Numbered from the stretch's first letter, positions 27,549 through 35,214 are shown. The stretch: 64,000 nucleotides of DNA from an uncultured Clostridia bacterium (GCA_944330115.1 CALVIN010000005.1:41542-105541), one strand, 5' to 3'. The notes: a model not told the origin generated them from the sequence alone. A program made the numbers and translations.

Positions 27549-27580
27549 CCACTCTGCCATAGCGCGGACAGGCCGCGCCA

Positions 27581-28435
27581 TTACAGGCAGCAGAGCACAT
27601 TCAAGTCGGCGGAGATGCACAGCGAGCGCGGCGCGATCTCCTCGGGAGCGTAGGCCTCGCCGTAGTTTATGCAGGCGTAGCGCGCCTTTTTGTTGCCGTA
27701 CGTCATGCGCCAGAACGGATACTTTATTATCACGGGCGTGTTCATGCCAACGCCGAGCTCTAAAAAGAGCACGCGCCCGCCCGAATACTCCTTTAAAAAC
27801 TGCGCGTAGCGCTCATACGCCGCGTGCCAGCCCGCGTCCTCAACAAACTTATCGTCGGAGCGCAGGTTGGTGGTCATGGGGCCGCCGCACACGGGGCAGC
27901 GGGGAATGAGCGAGGCGGGGATCTTCATATCGCGCTGCTCGCGCAGCATGGCGCGCACCTGCTCCTCGTTATCGAAAGTTTTGTTGCAGCACGGCTTGGC
28001 GCACTGAAAGAGGCCGTAGTCGCCCTGCGTGTAAAAGAGGCGCGACTTATCGAAGCCCGCCACCTGAAAGCGGTGGTCGACGTTGGTAGTTATAACAAAA
28101 TAATTTTTATCCTTTACCAGCCTTAAGAGGGCGAGATACACCTCGCCGGCGGGCTGGTCGTAGCGGTTGTAGTATATATGCCGCGACCAATACGCCCAGA
28201 ACTCCTCCTCGGTGGGGAAGGGGTAAAAGCCGCCCGTATACATATCGTGGAAGCCGTACTTTTTTTCGAAGTCGGCAAAATACTTTTCGAACCGCGCGCC
28301 CGAGTAGCTGAACCCCGCCGCGGCCGAAAGCCCCGCGCCCGCGCCTATCACGATGGCCTCGGCATCGCTCATCCACTGCGCAAGCACCTTCAATTTGCCC
28401 TCTGTATCATCAGATTGCGGCAAGTTCGCGCTCAT
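27581..28435 (-). CDS. Sir2-family protein, macrodomain-linked (SirTM-like ADP-ribosyltransferase candidate)
   Basis: GAGAGLSAAAG Rossmann motif, TTNVDHRF, QGDYGLFQC, and a Zn ribbon C..CC ... CPVCGG. It overlaps the upstream macro gene by 26 nt. Confidence 0.75.
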   Translation of the reverse strand: MSANLPQSDDTEGKLKVLAQWMSDAEAIVIGAGAGLSAAAGFSYSGARFEKYFADFEKKYGFHDMYTGGFYPFPTEEEFWAYWSRHIYYNRYDQPAGEVYLALLRLVKDKNYFVITTNVDHRFQVAGFDKSRLFYTQGDYGLFQCAKPCCNKTFDNEEQVRAMLREQRDMKIPASLIPRCPVCGGPMTTNLRSDDKFVEDAGWHAAYERYAQFLKEYSGGRVLFLELGVGMNTPVIIKYPFWRMTYGNKKARYACINYGEAYAPEEIAPRSLCISADLNVLCCL

Positions 28436-29168
28436 ATATCTCCTCGTCCTCCTTTGAAAATACGTTGAAGATCACCTTTAACCCGCCCGCGGCCGAAAGT
28501 TTTTCCTTTACCGCCGACACGGCGACGGCGCACGCCTGCTCTTTGGGGTAGCCGTACACGCCCGTGGATATGCAGCAGAAGGCTATCGAGCGCAGCCCCA
28601 TCTCTGTCGCCCTGTCCATGCAGGAGAGGTAGCAGCTCTTAAGGTCGGCGCGGTTTTGCGCGGTGACGGCGCCGCTCACCTGCGGGCCGACGGTGTGGAA
28701 TATGTATTTGCAGGGCAGGTTATAGCCCTTAGTTACGCGCACCCTGCCGTTCGGCTCGAGCGCGCCCTTCATCATCGAGTTGCAGTCCAGCCGCACCTGC
28801 ACGCCCGCCGCCGAGTGTATGGCGTTATCTATGCAGCCGTGCAGCGGCACGAAACAGCCGAGTAGCGCGCAGTTGCAGGCGTTTACTATCGCGTCGGCAT
28901 TGAGGCGGGTTATATCGCCCCGCCACAGCGCGATGTTGCCGCGGTATTCCAGCTTATCCACGTCCACCACGCCCTTTTGGCGGGTGCAGTCGGAGAGGTA
29001 TTCGTCCTGCAGGCGCAAAAATTCTTCGCCCGCGGGCACGGGCGGGCGCACGTTGCACAGCGCGCGGAAATAGTCCGGCTTGCGCTCCTCCGCAAGTTTG
29101 GGGGCGCTTTCGCCGCGCTCGGCGCTTAAAATACCTATCAGTTTATCGAGAAGTTGACTTCTGTCCAT
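28410..29168 (-). CDS. Macro-domain protein (ADP-ribose / O-acetyl-ADP-ribose hydrolase type)
   Basis: GDITRLNADAIVNACN...GCIDNAIHSAAG...IAFCCISTGVYGYP are canonical macrodomain motifs, preceded by an ~80-aa N-terminal extension. Confidence 0.85.
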   Translation of the reverse strand: MDRSQLLDKLIGILSAERGESAPKLAEERKPDYFRALCNVRPPVPAGEEFLRLQDEYLSDCTRQKGVVDVDKLEYRGNIALWRGDITRLNADAIVNACNCALLGCFVPLHGCIDNAIHSAAGVQVRLDCNSMMKGALEPNGRVRVTKGYNLPCKYIFHTVGPQVSGAVTAQNRADLKSCYLSCMDRATEMGLRSIAFCCISTGVYGYPKEQACAVAVSAVKEKLSAAGGLKVIFNVFSKEDEEIYERELAAI

Positions 29169-29183
29169 AATTTTCCAACGCCC

Positions 29184-29810
29184 TTAAATGCTCTTTAACA
29201 CCACCGCGCCGCAGGGGCAGGCGGCCATACAGTTGCCGCAGCGCAGGCAGTGCCTCTGCGCTATGCTCGCCCTGCCGCCCTCAAAACTTATGCAGCCCTG
29301 CGGGCACACCTCGGCGCACTTGCCGCACGCCGTGCAGCTCTCCGTTATAAAGTAGGCGGGCTCCGCCGAAGCATCGCCGCCGAATGTGAAATTTATGCGC
29401 TCTATCGGCAGTTTTGAGAGGTCGAACACCTCTCCCCTGCCGCGATATATCCTGAACGCCGCAAGCGCCGCGCGCGAGGCTTCGGTGGGGTATATCTCAT
29501 ACATATACCTGTTTTTATCGAGCAGCGTGCGCAGCTCCTCCTCTCCCGCCTCACGGCACAGGCCGCTCACCGTTATGGCTACGCTCGTAAGCGTGGAACT
29601 GCCCTTTATGCCGGTGAGCGACAGCTGCGGGCGGGACTTTAAGCGGGAATAGAGGCTCTTGCCGCGCGCCGTCAAAAAGTACAGCCCGCCCTCGTCGGCG
29701 TCCATTATGTCAACCGCGCAGGTGACGGGGTTGCCCTCGCCGTCCGCCGTGGCCATCACCACGGTGTGGATATCGTCGCGCAAAAATCTGAATATCTGCA
29801 GAGCGTCCAT
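29184..29810 (-). CDS. Pyridoxamine-5'-phosphate-oxidase-like FMN-binding domain fused to a 2x[4Fe-4S] ferredoxin domain
   Basis: N-terminal split-barrel-like sequence (VVMATADGEGNPVTCAVDIM). C-terminal CTACGKCAEVCP and CLRCGNCMAACP. The start is ATG 29810 with an AAGGAGG SD. Confidence 0.7.
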   Translation of the reverse strand: MDALQIFRFLRDDIHTVVMATADGEGNPVTCAVDIMDADEGGLYFLTARGKSLYSRLKSRPQLSLTGIKGSSTLTSVAITVSGLCREAGEEELRTLLDKNRYMYEIYPTEASRAALAAFRIYRGRGEVFDLSKLPIERINFTFGGDASAEPAYFITESCTACGKCAEVCPQGCISFEGGRASIAQRHCLRCGNCMAACPCGAVVLKSI

Positions 29811-29874
29811 GCCCGCCTCCTTGAAATTATTTTGCATTACTTGCCCCGCCGCCGCAGGGCAACGGCCTGCCGAT

Positions 29875-30513
29875 TTACTTGCCTATTACCGAGAAGCGCT
29901 CGTTGATGTGCTCGCCCTTTTCAAGCTCGTCGATCATGGCGATGGCGTAGTCGGCATAGCTGATGCGGCTTACGCCCTCGGCATTTTCGAAGTACTCCTC
30001 GCCGCCGACAAGGTATTCGCCCGTGCGTTCGCCGTCGGCAACGAAATCGGCTGCGGGCGAAAGGAAGGTCCACTTTACGTCATTCCTCTTTCTGAGGTCG
30101 GCGAGCGCCTCGCCCTGCGCGTTTGCAAGCGGCTTGAACATATCGGGGAAGCTCTCGAGGTCCTTCACCTGCAGGGTGTGCTCGGGGTTGACGTATAAGC
30201 TGCCCGCGCCGCCCACTACGAGCAGGCGGATGCCCGTGCCGCTGAGTATGTCGCACAGGTGCTTGAGCGAAGTTTTGTGCTGAGGTATGGTTTCGGGCGT
30301 CCACGCGCCGAAGGCGTCGATGACCGCGTCAAAACCCGCAAGATCGGCGGGGGTGAGATCGAAGAGGTCCTTCACCACCTTTTTGGCGCCGCCTGCCACA
30401 TCGCTCTTTTCGGAGCGCACAAAGCCCGTCACGTCGAACCCGCGCGCGAGCGCCTCCTCGGTGAGCAGCTTGCCCATTCTGCCTGCCGCACAAACTATTG
30501 CTAACTTTTTCAT
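29875..30513 (-). CDS. NAD(P)H-binding oxidoreductase (NmrA / atypical SDR-like)
   Basis: MKKLAIVCAAGRMGKLL Rossmann start. ATG 30513 has a GGAGGAA SD. Confidence 0.7.
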   Translation of the reverse strand: MKKLAIVCAAGRMGKLLTEEALARGFDVTGFVRSEKSDVAGGAKKVVKDLFDLTPADLAGFDAVIDAFGAWTPETIPQHKTSLKHLCDILSGTGIRLLVVGGAGSLYVNPEHTLQVKDLESFPDMFKPLANAQGEALADLRKRNDVKWTFLSPAADFVADGERTGEYLVGGEEYFENAEGVSRISYADYAIAMIDELEKGEHINERFSVIGK

Positions 30514-30585
30514 TTTAATTTCCTCCTGAAAATACAAATTATAGTTGTAACCTTTTTGATTACATCCATAATATAGCACCACAAT

Positions 30586-30608
30586 GTTGTAATGTCAAGC
30601 ATTACAAC
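30586..30608. promoter_or_regulatory. Palindromic operator candidate (copy 1), upstream of the NAD(P)H-oxidoreductase gene
   Basis: GTTGTAATG-tcaag-CATTACAAC. 22 of its 23 nt recur at 31171-31193. Confidence 0.6.
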
Positions 30609-30689
30609 AAAGTTTTTTCAGGAAATTTTAAGGGCCCGCACGCGGCGGGCCCGTTACTTTTTAAATATAATATAAAATATATTGCGTTT

Positions 30690-31133
30690 TTACGCCGAGG
30701 GCGCGCCGCCCGCCTTTTGTTTGAGCTCTTCCGCAAGCGAGGCAAGCGTAACCTTTTTGAGCTCGTTTTCCATGGCGCGCTGGGCGTCGGCGAGGCAGTC
30801 GTCGAGCAGGGCGTGTATGTTTTTGCCCACGGGGCAGTCGGGGTTGGGGTGCTCGTGAAAGTGGAACAGCTCCCCCTCCACGCTGTCGACGGCGCGGTAC
30901 ACGTCGTATAAAGTTATGTCGTTTAGGTCCTTTACAATGCTTGCGCCGCCGCTGCCGGCCTTTACCTCCACCATGCCCGCGGCCTTTAAACTTAAAAGCG
31001 TGCGGCGAATGACTACCGGGTTGACCTGAACGCTGTCTGCAATAAATTCAGAGGTAGTTTTGCGCCTGCCGCCGAACAGATAGATGACGAGCAGCGTATG
31101 CACCGCCACCGTAAAGCGCGAAGTTATTTTCAT
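30690..31133 (-). CDS. Rrf2-family transcriptional regulator
   Basis: MKITSRFTVAVHTLLVI...SEFIADSVQVNPVVIRRTLLSLKAAGMV is an Rrf2 winged helix. Confidence 0.85.
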   Translation of the reverse strand: MKITSRFTVAVHTLLVIYLFGGRRKTTSEFIADSVQVNPVVIRRTLLSLKAAGMVEVKAGSGGASIVKDLNDITLYDVYRAVDSVEGELFHFHEHPNPDCPVGKNIHALLDDCLADAQRAMENELKKVTLASLAEELKQKAGGAPSA

Positions 31134-31170
31134 ATTTCATCTCCTGTAAGCACAATTATACCCGCCAATT

Positions 31171-31193
31171 ATTGTAATGTCAAGCATTACAAC
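31171..31193. promoter_or_regulatory. Palindromic operator candidate (copy 2), upstream of the Rrf2 gene
   Basis: ATTGTAATGTCAAGCATTACAAC. Confidence 0.6.
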
Positions 31194-31276
31194 CTGATTT
31201 TAGGTGTTTAAGTGGACAAAGGTAACCCTTTGGAAATGGTAAAGCGCGAGCATGGCACACCCTGCGTAAGCGCAAT

Positions 31277-31594
31277 TTTCCAAAATAAATATAATGTCGC
31301 AAGGCGGGGTCTCAAGCAATGTAAGGGCAACATTGCTTTCGGTCACCGTTCGCGCTTTTGTCTATGCGCTCACTCATCTCATTGCACACGAAAGGCGGGT
31401 GTCCGCCTTTCTATGAAACGTGCAATTCGTCCCGCCGCCGCAGGACCCTATTTGCTGCGGTCAGCAGGCTCACCGAGAGGGAATTGCCGCAACTATATAT
31501 TATGAGAGCATTTTAAGGTTGCGGCAAGGGGGAGCTGGCTCCCCAAATCTCACGGAAATTGTTCGGCAGCACCAGCCGAACAATTTCGTGAACC
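31277..31594 (+). repeat. Structured ~320-bp repeat, copy A (ends 2 nt from the stop codon of the minus-strand HD gene)
   Basis: Collinear with 61680-62019. Multiple hairpins are present, and compensatory differences between copies are listed in the findings. Confidence 0.85.
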
Positions 31595-31596
31595 TT

Positions 31597-32187
31597 TTAG
31601 ATTATCCCCTTCTCCAACTCGTCGAGGGTCAAGGTGTATGCCGGGATGAAATTTTCGATAAAATAGTTGACCGAGCGCATGTTGCGGGAGGTTACGTCGT
31701 CCCTGATGCTCTTTTCGGCCTTTTCAAACTCGGTGTTGCCGCAGCGGCGCTCTTCTAAGCACTTGATATATGCCGAGAGCCTGTCGGCCGCCTTTACTAT
31801 CTTCCACTCCTCGCTCGAGGTATCGGCCTTTACATAGGGCGCGAGCTCCTCCCTTATCTCTTCGGGAAGCGTTGATAAGAGCTTTTCGCACGCCTCGCCC
31901 TCGATATCCTTATACGCGCCCGTTATAGAGCGGTTGAAATACTTTATGGGCGTGGGCAGATCGCCCGTTATCACCTCGGGGCACTCGTGATAGATGGCGT
32001 ACAGCACGCACTTCTGGCTATCGACATTGCCGCCGAATATCTTATTTTCGATGATGGCAAGCGCGTGCGCGATGAACGCCACCTGCTGGGAGTGCTCCAT
32101 TATGTTCTCTTCGCGCACGGAGCGCATGAGCGACCACCGCCTGATATACTTCATTCTGTCCATAAAGGCATAAAAATTATAGGGCAT
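31597..32187 (-). CDS. HD-domain 5'-deoxynucleotidase (YfbR-like)
   Basis: MDRMKYIRRWSLMRSVREENIMEHSQQVAFIAHALA...YHECPEVITGDLPTP. Confidence 0.8.
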   Translation of the reverse strand: MPYNFYAFMDRMKYIRRWSLMRSVREENIMEHSQQVAFIAHALAIIENKIFGGNVDSQKCVLYAIYHECPEVITGDLPTPIKYFNRSITGAYKDIEGEACEKLLSTLPEEIREELAPYVKADTSSEEWKIVKAADRLSAYIKCLEERRCGNTEFEKAEKSIRDDVTSRNMRSVNYFIENFIPAYTLTLDELEKGII

Positions 32188-32414
32188 ATTAAAAACCTCG
32201 CACTATTTATATATATTGTACGCGCGTGCGCGCGTGCTTTTTGGTACGCAGCCGCAAGGCCGCCTGCGCAAATACATGCGGCGCGCCGCCGCAAGATACA
32301 GCTTGTATCATATAAATTATACTATAAATTGCCGCCGAATTCAATAAATCGGTTGACTTGCAATGCCGTTTGGCATATAATTTTTTTACAGCGCAGAAAT
32401 GGCGCTGCGCTTAC

Positions 32415-32520
32415 AAATCAAATACCGTCGGGGGTGCCCGCAAGATGCGGGCTGAGATCATACCCTTTGAATCGGCAAGGTAATGCTTGAGCGATAGTAC
32501 ATTGGCCATATAGAAGGTCG
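32415..32520 (+). promoter_or_regulatory. TPP (THI-box) riboswitch
   Basis: GGGGTGCC...GGGCTGAGA..ACCCTTTGAA..CAAG-GTAATG-CTTG-AGCG matches the TPP aptamer core (CUGAGA, ACCC, AUAAUG-type loop, GCG). It sits upstream of a ThiT-like transporter. Confidence 0.75.
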
Positions 32521-32626
32521 CTTTTCTTTATTTTGCGCGTAAATGAAGATGAGCGGCCCTTTTTGATGTGCGAAAGGCACGGTTTATCCGTCCCGATCAC
32601 GGCGGTAATTTAAAGGAGGAATTTTT

Positions 32627-33865
32627 ATGAATTTTTCTATGCTGGCTTTCGGCGACCTGCTCGGCGACATTGAAAACTACTTCGCCAACTTTGCTTCGCC
32701 TGCCGACAGCTGCCGCACGGTGATGCTGTGGATAGCCATAGCGCTTGTGCTGGCCTTTGTTGTGACTACTGTTGCAATAAAATTCACCGCTCCCAAGCCC
32801 GTAAACGGCGAGGAGGTAAAGGACGGCAGGCAGAAACTTGCAAACAGAATATTTTTGTTTATTGCCCTTGCCTATGTGGTGGCGGCGATAATATCGTTCA
32901 GCGCCTTTTATTACAGCGACGTAAACGCAGGCGAGGACTACCTTATCCCCATCACGTTCTATCCCCTGCTCGTGTTTGCGATAGTTGCGATAGCGGGCGC
33001 CATTGCCGTGGCATTCAAGCCCGTAAAGGCCGTAAAAATTGCCGCACTCACCATAGGCGGCTGCGCGCTTGTGGCAGCCATTGTGTGCCTTATAGTTTAC
33101 TACGCGACGGGCGACGCCAGCGAGTGGAACGGCGTTGAGCTTACGGGCAGCGACCAGGCGTGGCTGTATGCGAGCGCCATAATACTTGCCGCCGCCATAG
33201 TTGTAGTTTCCATGCTGACCGACAGGGTAAAGGGCTTCGACACGCGCGCCATCACCTTTGCCGCGGTGTGCGTGGCGCTCTCGTTCGCGCTCTCTTACAT
33301 AAGGATATTGCACATGCCCATGGGCGGCTCGATAACCCTTGCCTCCATGCTGCCCCTCATGCTCTACAGCTATATGTTCGGCTGCCGCAGGGGCCTTATC
33401 GCAGGCCTCGTTTACGGCTTTTTACAGGCCATTCAGGACCCCTGGCTGCTCCACCCCGCACAGTTCGCGCTCGACTACCTCGTAGCGTTCATGGCGATAG
33501 CGCTCACCGGGTGTCTTAGGAACGTGCCCGCGCTTAAGGGCAAGATGCGCACGCAGTTCACTTTGGGCGCGATAATAGCCGGCGTTACCCGCTTTGTTTC
33601 GCACTTCTTTTCGGGCGCGTTTGCATTCGGCGTGTTCGGCGCGGGCTATGCCGATGACTACGGCATTGCCATACTCTCCAACCCCTACATCTACTCGCTG
33701 ATATATCAGTCGATGTATGTAATTCCCGAAGTTATAATAGCCATTGTTGTGGGCGTGCTGCTTATGTCTTCGGCAAACTTACGCAGGCAGATAGTGCGCT
33801 ACGGCAACTTTGAAAAGAGCGTGGAGAGCGTGCCCCCTGAGGCCATTCCCGCAGAGAGCAAATAA
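32627..33865 (+). CDS. thiT: ThiT/YuaJ-like thiamine transporter S-component with an extra ~200-aa N-terminal multi-TM extension
   Basis: The C-terminal half (MPMGGSITLASMLPLMLYSYMFGCRRGLIAGLVYGFLQ...HPAQFALDYLVAF) resembles ThiT. The N-terminal half has about 5 further TM helices. Confidence 0.65.
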   Translation: MNFSMLAFGDLLGDIENYFANFASPADSCRTVMLWIAIALVLAFVVTTVAIKFTAPKPVNGEEVKDGRQKLANRIFLFIALAYVVAAIISFSAFYYSDVNAGEDYLIPITFYPLLVFAIVAIAGAIAVAFKPVKAVKIAALTIGGCALVAAIVCLIVYYATGDASEWNGVELTGSDQAWLYASAIILAAAIVVVSMLTDRVKGFDTRAITFAAVCVALSFALSYIRILHMPMGGSITLASMLPLMLYSYMFGCRRGLIAGLVYGFLQAIQDPWLLHPAQFALDYLVAFMAIALTGCLRNVPALKGKMRTQFTLGAIIAGVTRFVSHFFSGAFAFGVFGAGYADDYGIAILSNPYIYSLIYQSMYVIPEVIIAIVVGVLLMSSANLRRQIVRYGNFEKSVESVPPEAIPAESK

Positions 33866-33905
33866 TAAATTTATTTTACGCGCAAAAATAGCATTTGTAT
33901 TTAAA

Positions 33906-33950
33906 GGTGCGCTGCCGCAAAATTGCGGCAGCGCACCATATTTTTTATTT
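33906..33950 (+). terminator. Intrinsic terminator after thiT
   Basis: GGTGCGCTGCCGC-aaaatt-GCGGCAGCGCACC, then T-rich sequence. Confidence 0.8.
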
Positions 33951-34047
33951 GATTTTTATTTAAATTAAATTTATTTTTTTATTTTTTAATTTAATTAAAT
34001 TTAATTAAATTTAATTAAATTTAATTATTTTTTTAATTTATTTTTTT
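33939..34047. repeat. A/T-only tract between convergent genes; 11-bp unit aatttaattaa x4
   Basis: ...ttaatttaattaaatttaattaaatttaattaaatttaattatttttttaatttattttttt... Confidence 0.9.
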
Positions 34048-35039
34048 CAGCAGGGCAAAAGGGCGGCCGTGCCGTCTTTTTGGCGCTCGCAGGGATATAC
34101 CAGACCCATCTGCGCCCGGCACTCGTCCAAAAGGCGCATAGTGTCTATCGTCGACTGCGGCGGGCAGTAGGCGCTCACTTTGCGGCCGCCCGATATCTCT
34201 TCGGCGGCGCGGCGGAACTGCACGGCGTATTTTAAGCTATTATCGCAAAAGCGCTCGCCGTTTTTGCCGGTAAGGCGGGCGTGCGACGCCGCATGAAAGT
34301 ATGGCACGCAAATTTTGCCCTGCGTGCCGCAGATCTTAAGTCCCTCGCCCGCAAGGCTTGCGCGGGCTATGTATATGTTGGCCTTGAAGGCGCCGTAGTC
34401 CATGACGACGCGCTCGCGCTTATCTACGCCGCCCTGCAGTTTGCCGCGGCAGGTTATGCCTTTTGGCATGCCGAACAGCTCGTACATATACCTTATGGGG
34501 TATATGCCGATATCGAGCAGCGCGCCGCCGATGAGGGCGGGCGACTTGTGGCGCTCCTTTTCCATAAACGGGAGCATGGGCAGGGCGTATGTGGCCGAAA
34601 CGGCCGTGATATCGCCGATTTTGCCCGACTTTACCCACTCGCGCACCTTTATTGCCGTATCGTTGAACCACGTCCACATGGCCTCGGCGAGGTACACGCC
34701 CTTGCTTTTTGCCATGTCGAAGAGCTGCTGCGCGCCGCCTTCGTTTACCGTGAGCGGCTTTTCACACAGCACGGGCACGCCGAGCTGTATGCACAGCTGC
34801 GCGAGCGGCAGGTGGCCGTTGTGGGTGACGGCGATATACGCGCCGTTTACGCCTTTAGCGGTGAGCGCTTCGCGCGCATCAAGGTATGCCGTTGCGCCGT
34901 ACTGCGCGGCAAATTGCCGTGCGCGCTCCCCGGTTCTGTTCCAGCAGGCGACGATTTTGCCGCCGTCCTTTATAAGTTCGCGGGCGACGGTGTGCGCAAT
35001 GCCGCCGCAGCCCAAAAAAGCCCAACCGAAATTTTGCAT
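34047..35039 (-). CDS. Gfo/Idh/MocA-family oxidoreductase
   Basis: FGWAFLGCGGIAHTV Rossmann N-terminus and the EKP motif (LCEKPLT). Confidence 0.85.
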   Translation of the reverse strand: MQNFGWAFLGCGGIAHTVARELIKDGGKIVACWNRTGERARQFAAQYGATAYLDAREALTAKGVNGAYIAVTHNGHLPLAQLCIQLGVPVLCEKPLTVNEGGAQQLFDMAKSKGVYLAEAMWTWFNDTAIKVREWVKSGKIGDITAVSATYALPMLPFMEKERHKSPALIGGALLDIGIYPIRYMYELFGMPKGITCRGKLQGGVDKRERVVMDYGAFKANIYIARASLAGEGLKICGTQGKICVPYFHAASHARLTGKNGERFCDNSLKYAVQFRRAAEEISGGRKVSAYCPPQSTIDTMRLLDECRAQMGLVYPCERQKDGTAALLPC

Positions 35040-35088
35040 ATCATTTTTTTCCTTTAGTGATTTAATATAGTTTGCGACGTTTCCGCTT

Positions 35089-35214
35089 GTGGAACCCCTC
35101 CGTCACTTCGTGACACCTCCCCTCGAAGGGGCGGTACCAAATGCGGCAAGATTTACCTCCCCTTTGAGGGGAGGTGGCGTGCGAAGTACAACGGAGCACG
35201 ACGGAGGGGTTTCA
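35089..35214. repeat. Inverted pair of GC-rich hairpin repeats (MITE-like configuration)
   Basis: Left: GGAACCCCTCCGTCACTTCGTGACACCTCCCCTCGAAGGGGCGGT. Right: CCTCCCCTTTGAGGGGAGGTGGCGTGCGAAGTACAACGGAGCACGACGGAGGGGTTTC. The outer ends are inverted repeats of each other. Confidence 0.85.

Noticed and set aside
31212-31505. 97-aa ORF within repeat copy A (and 61730-61945 within copy B) as a possible small transposase or toxin gene
   Set aside because: The two copies do not conserve a common reading frame. The variable middle differs in length and sequence, while the stems are conserved by pairing, which argues for structure rather than coding.
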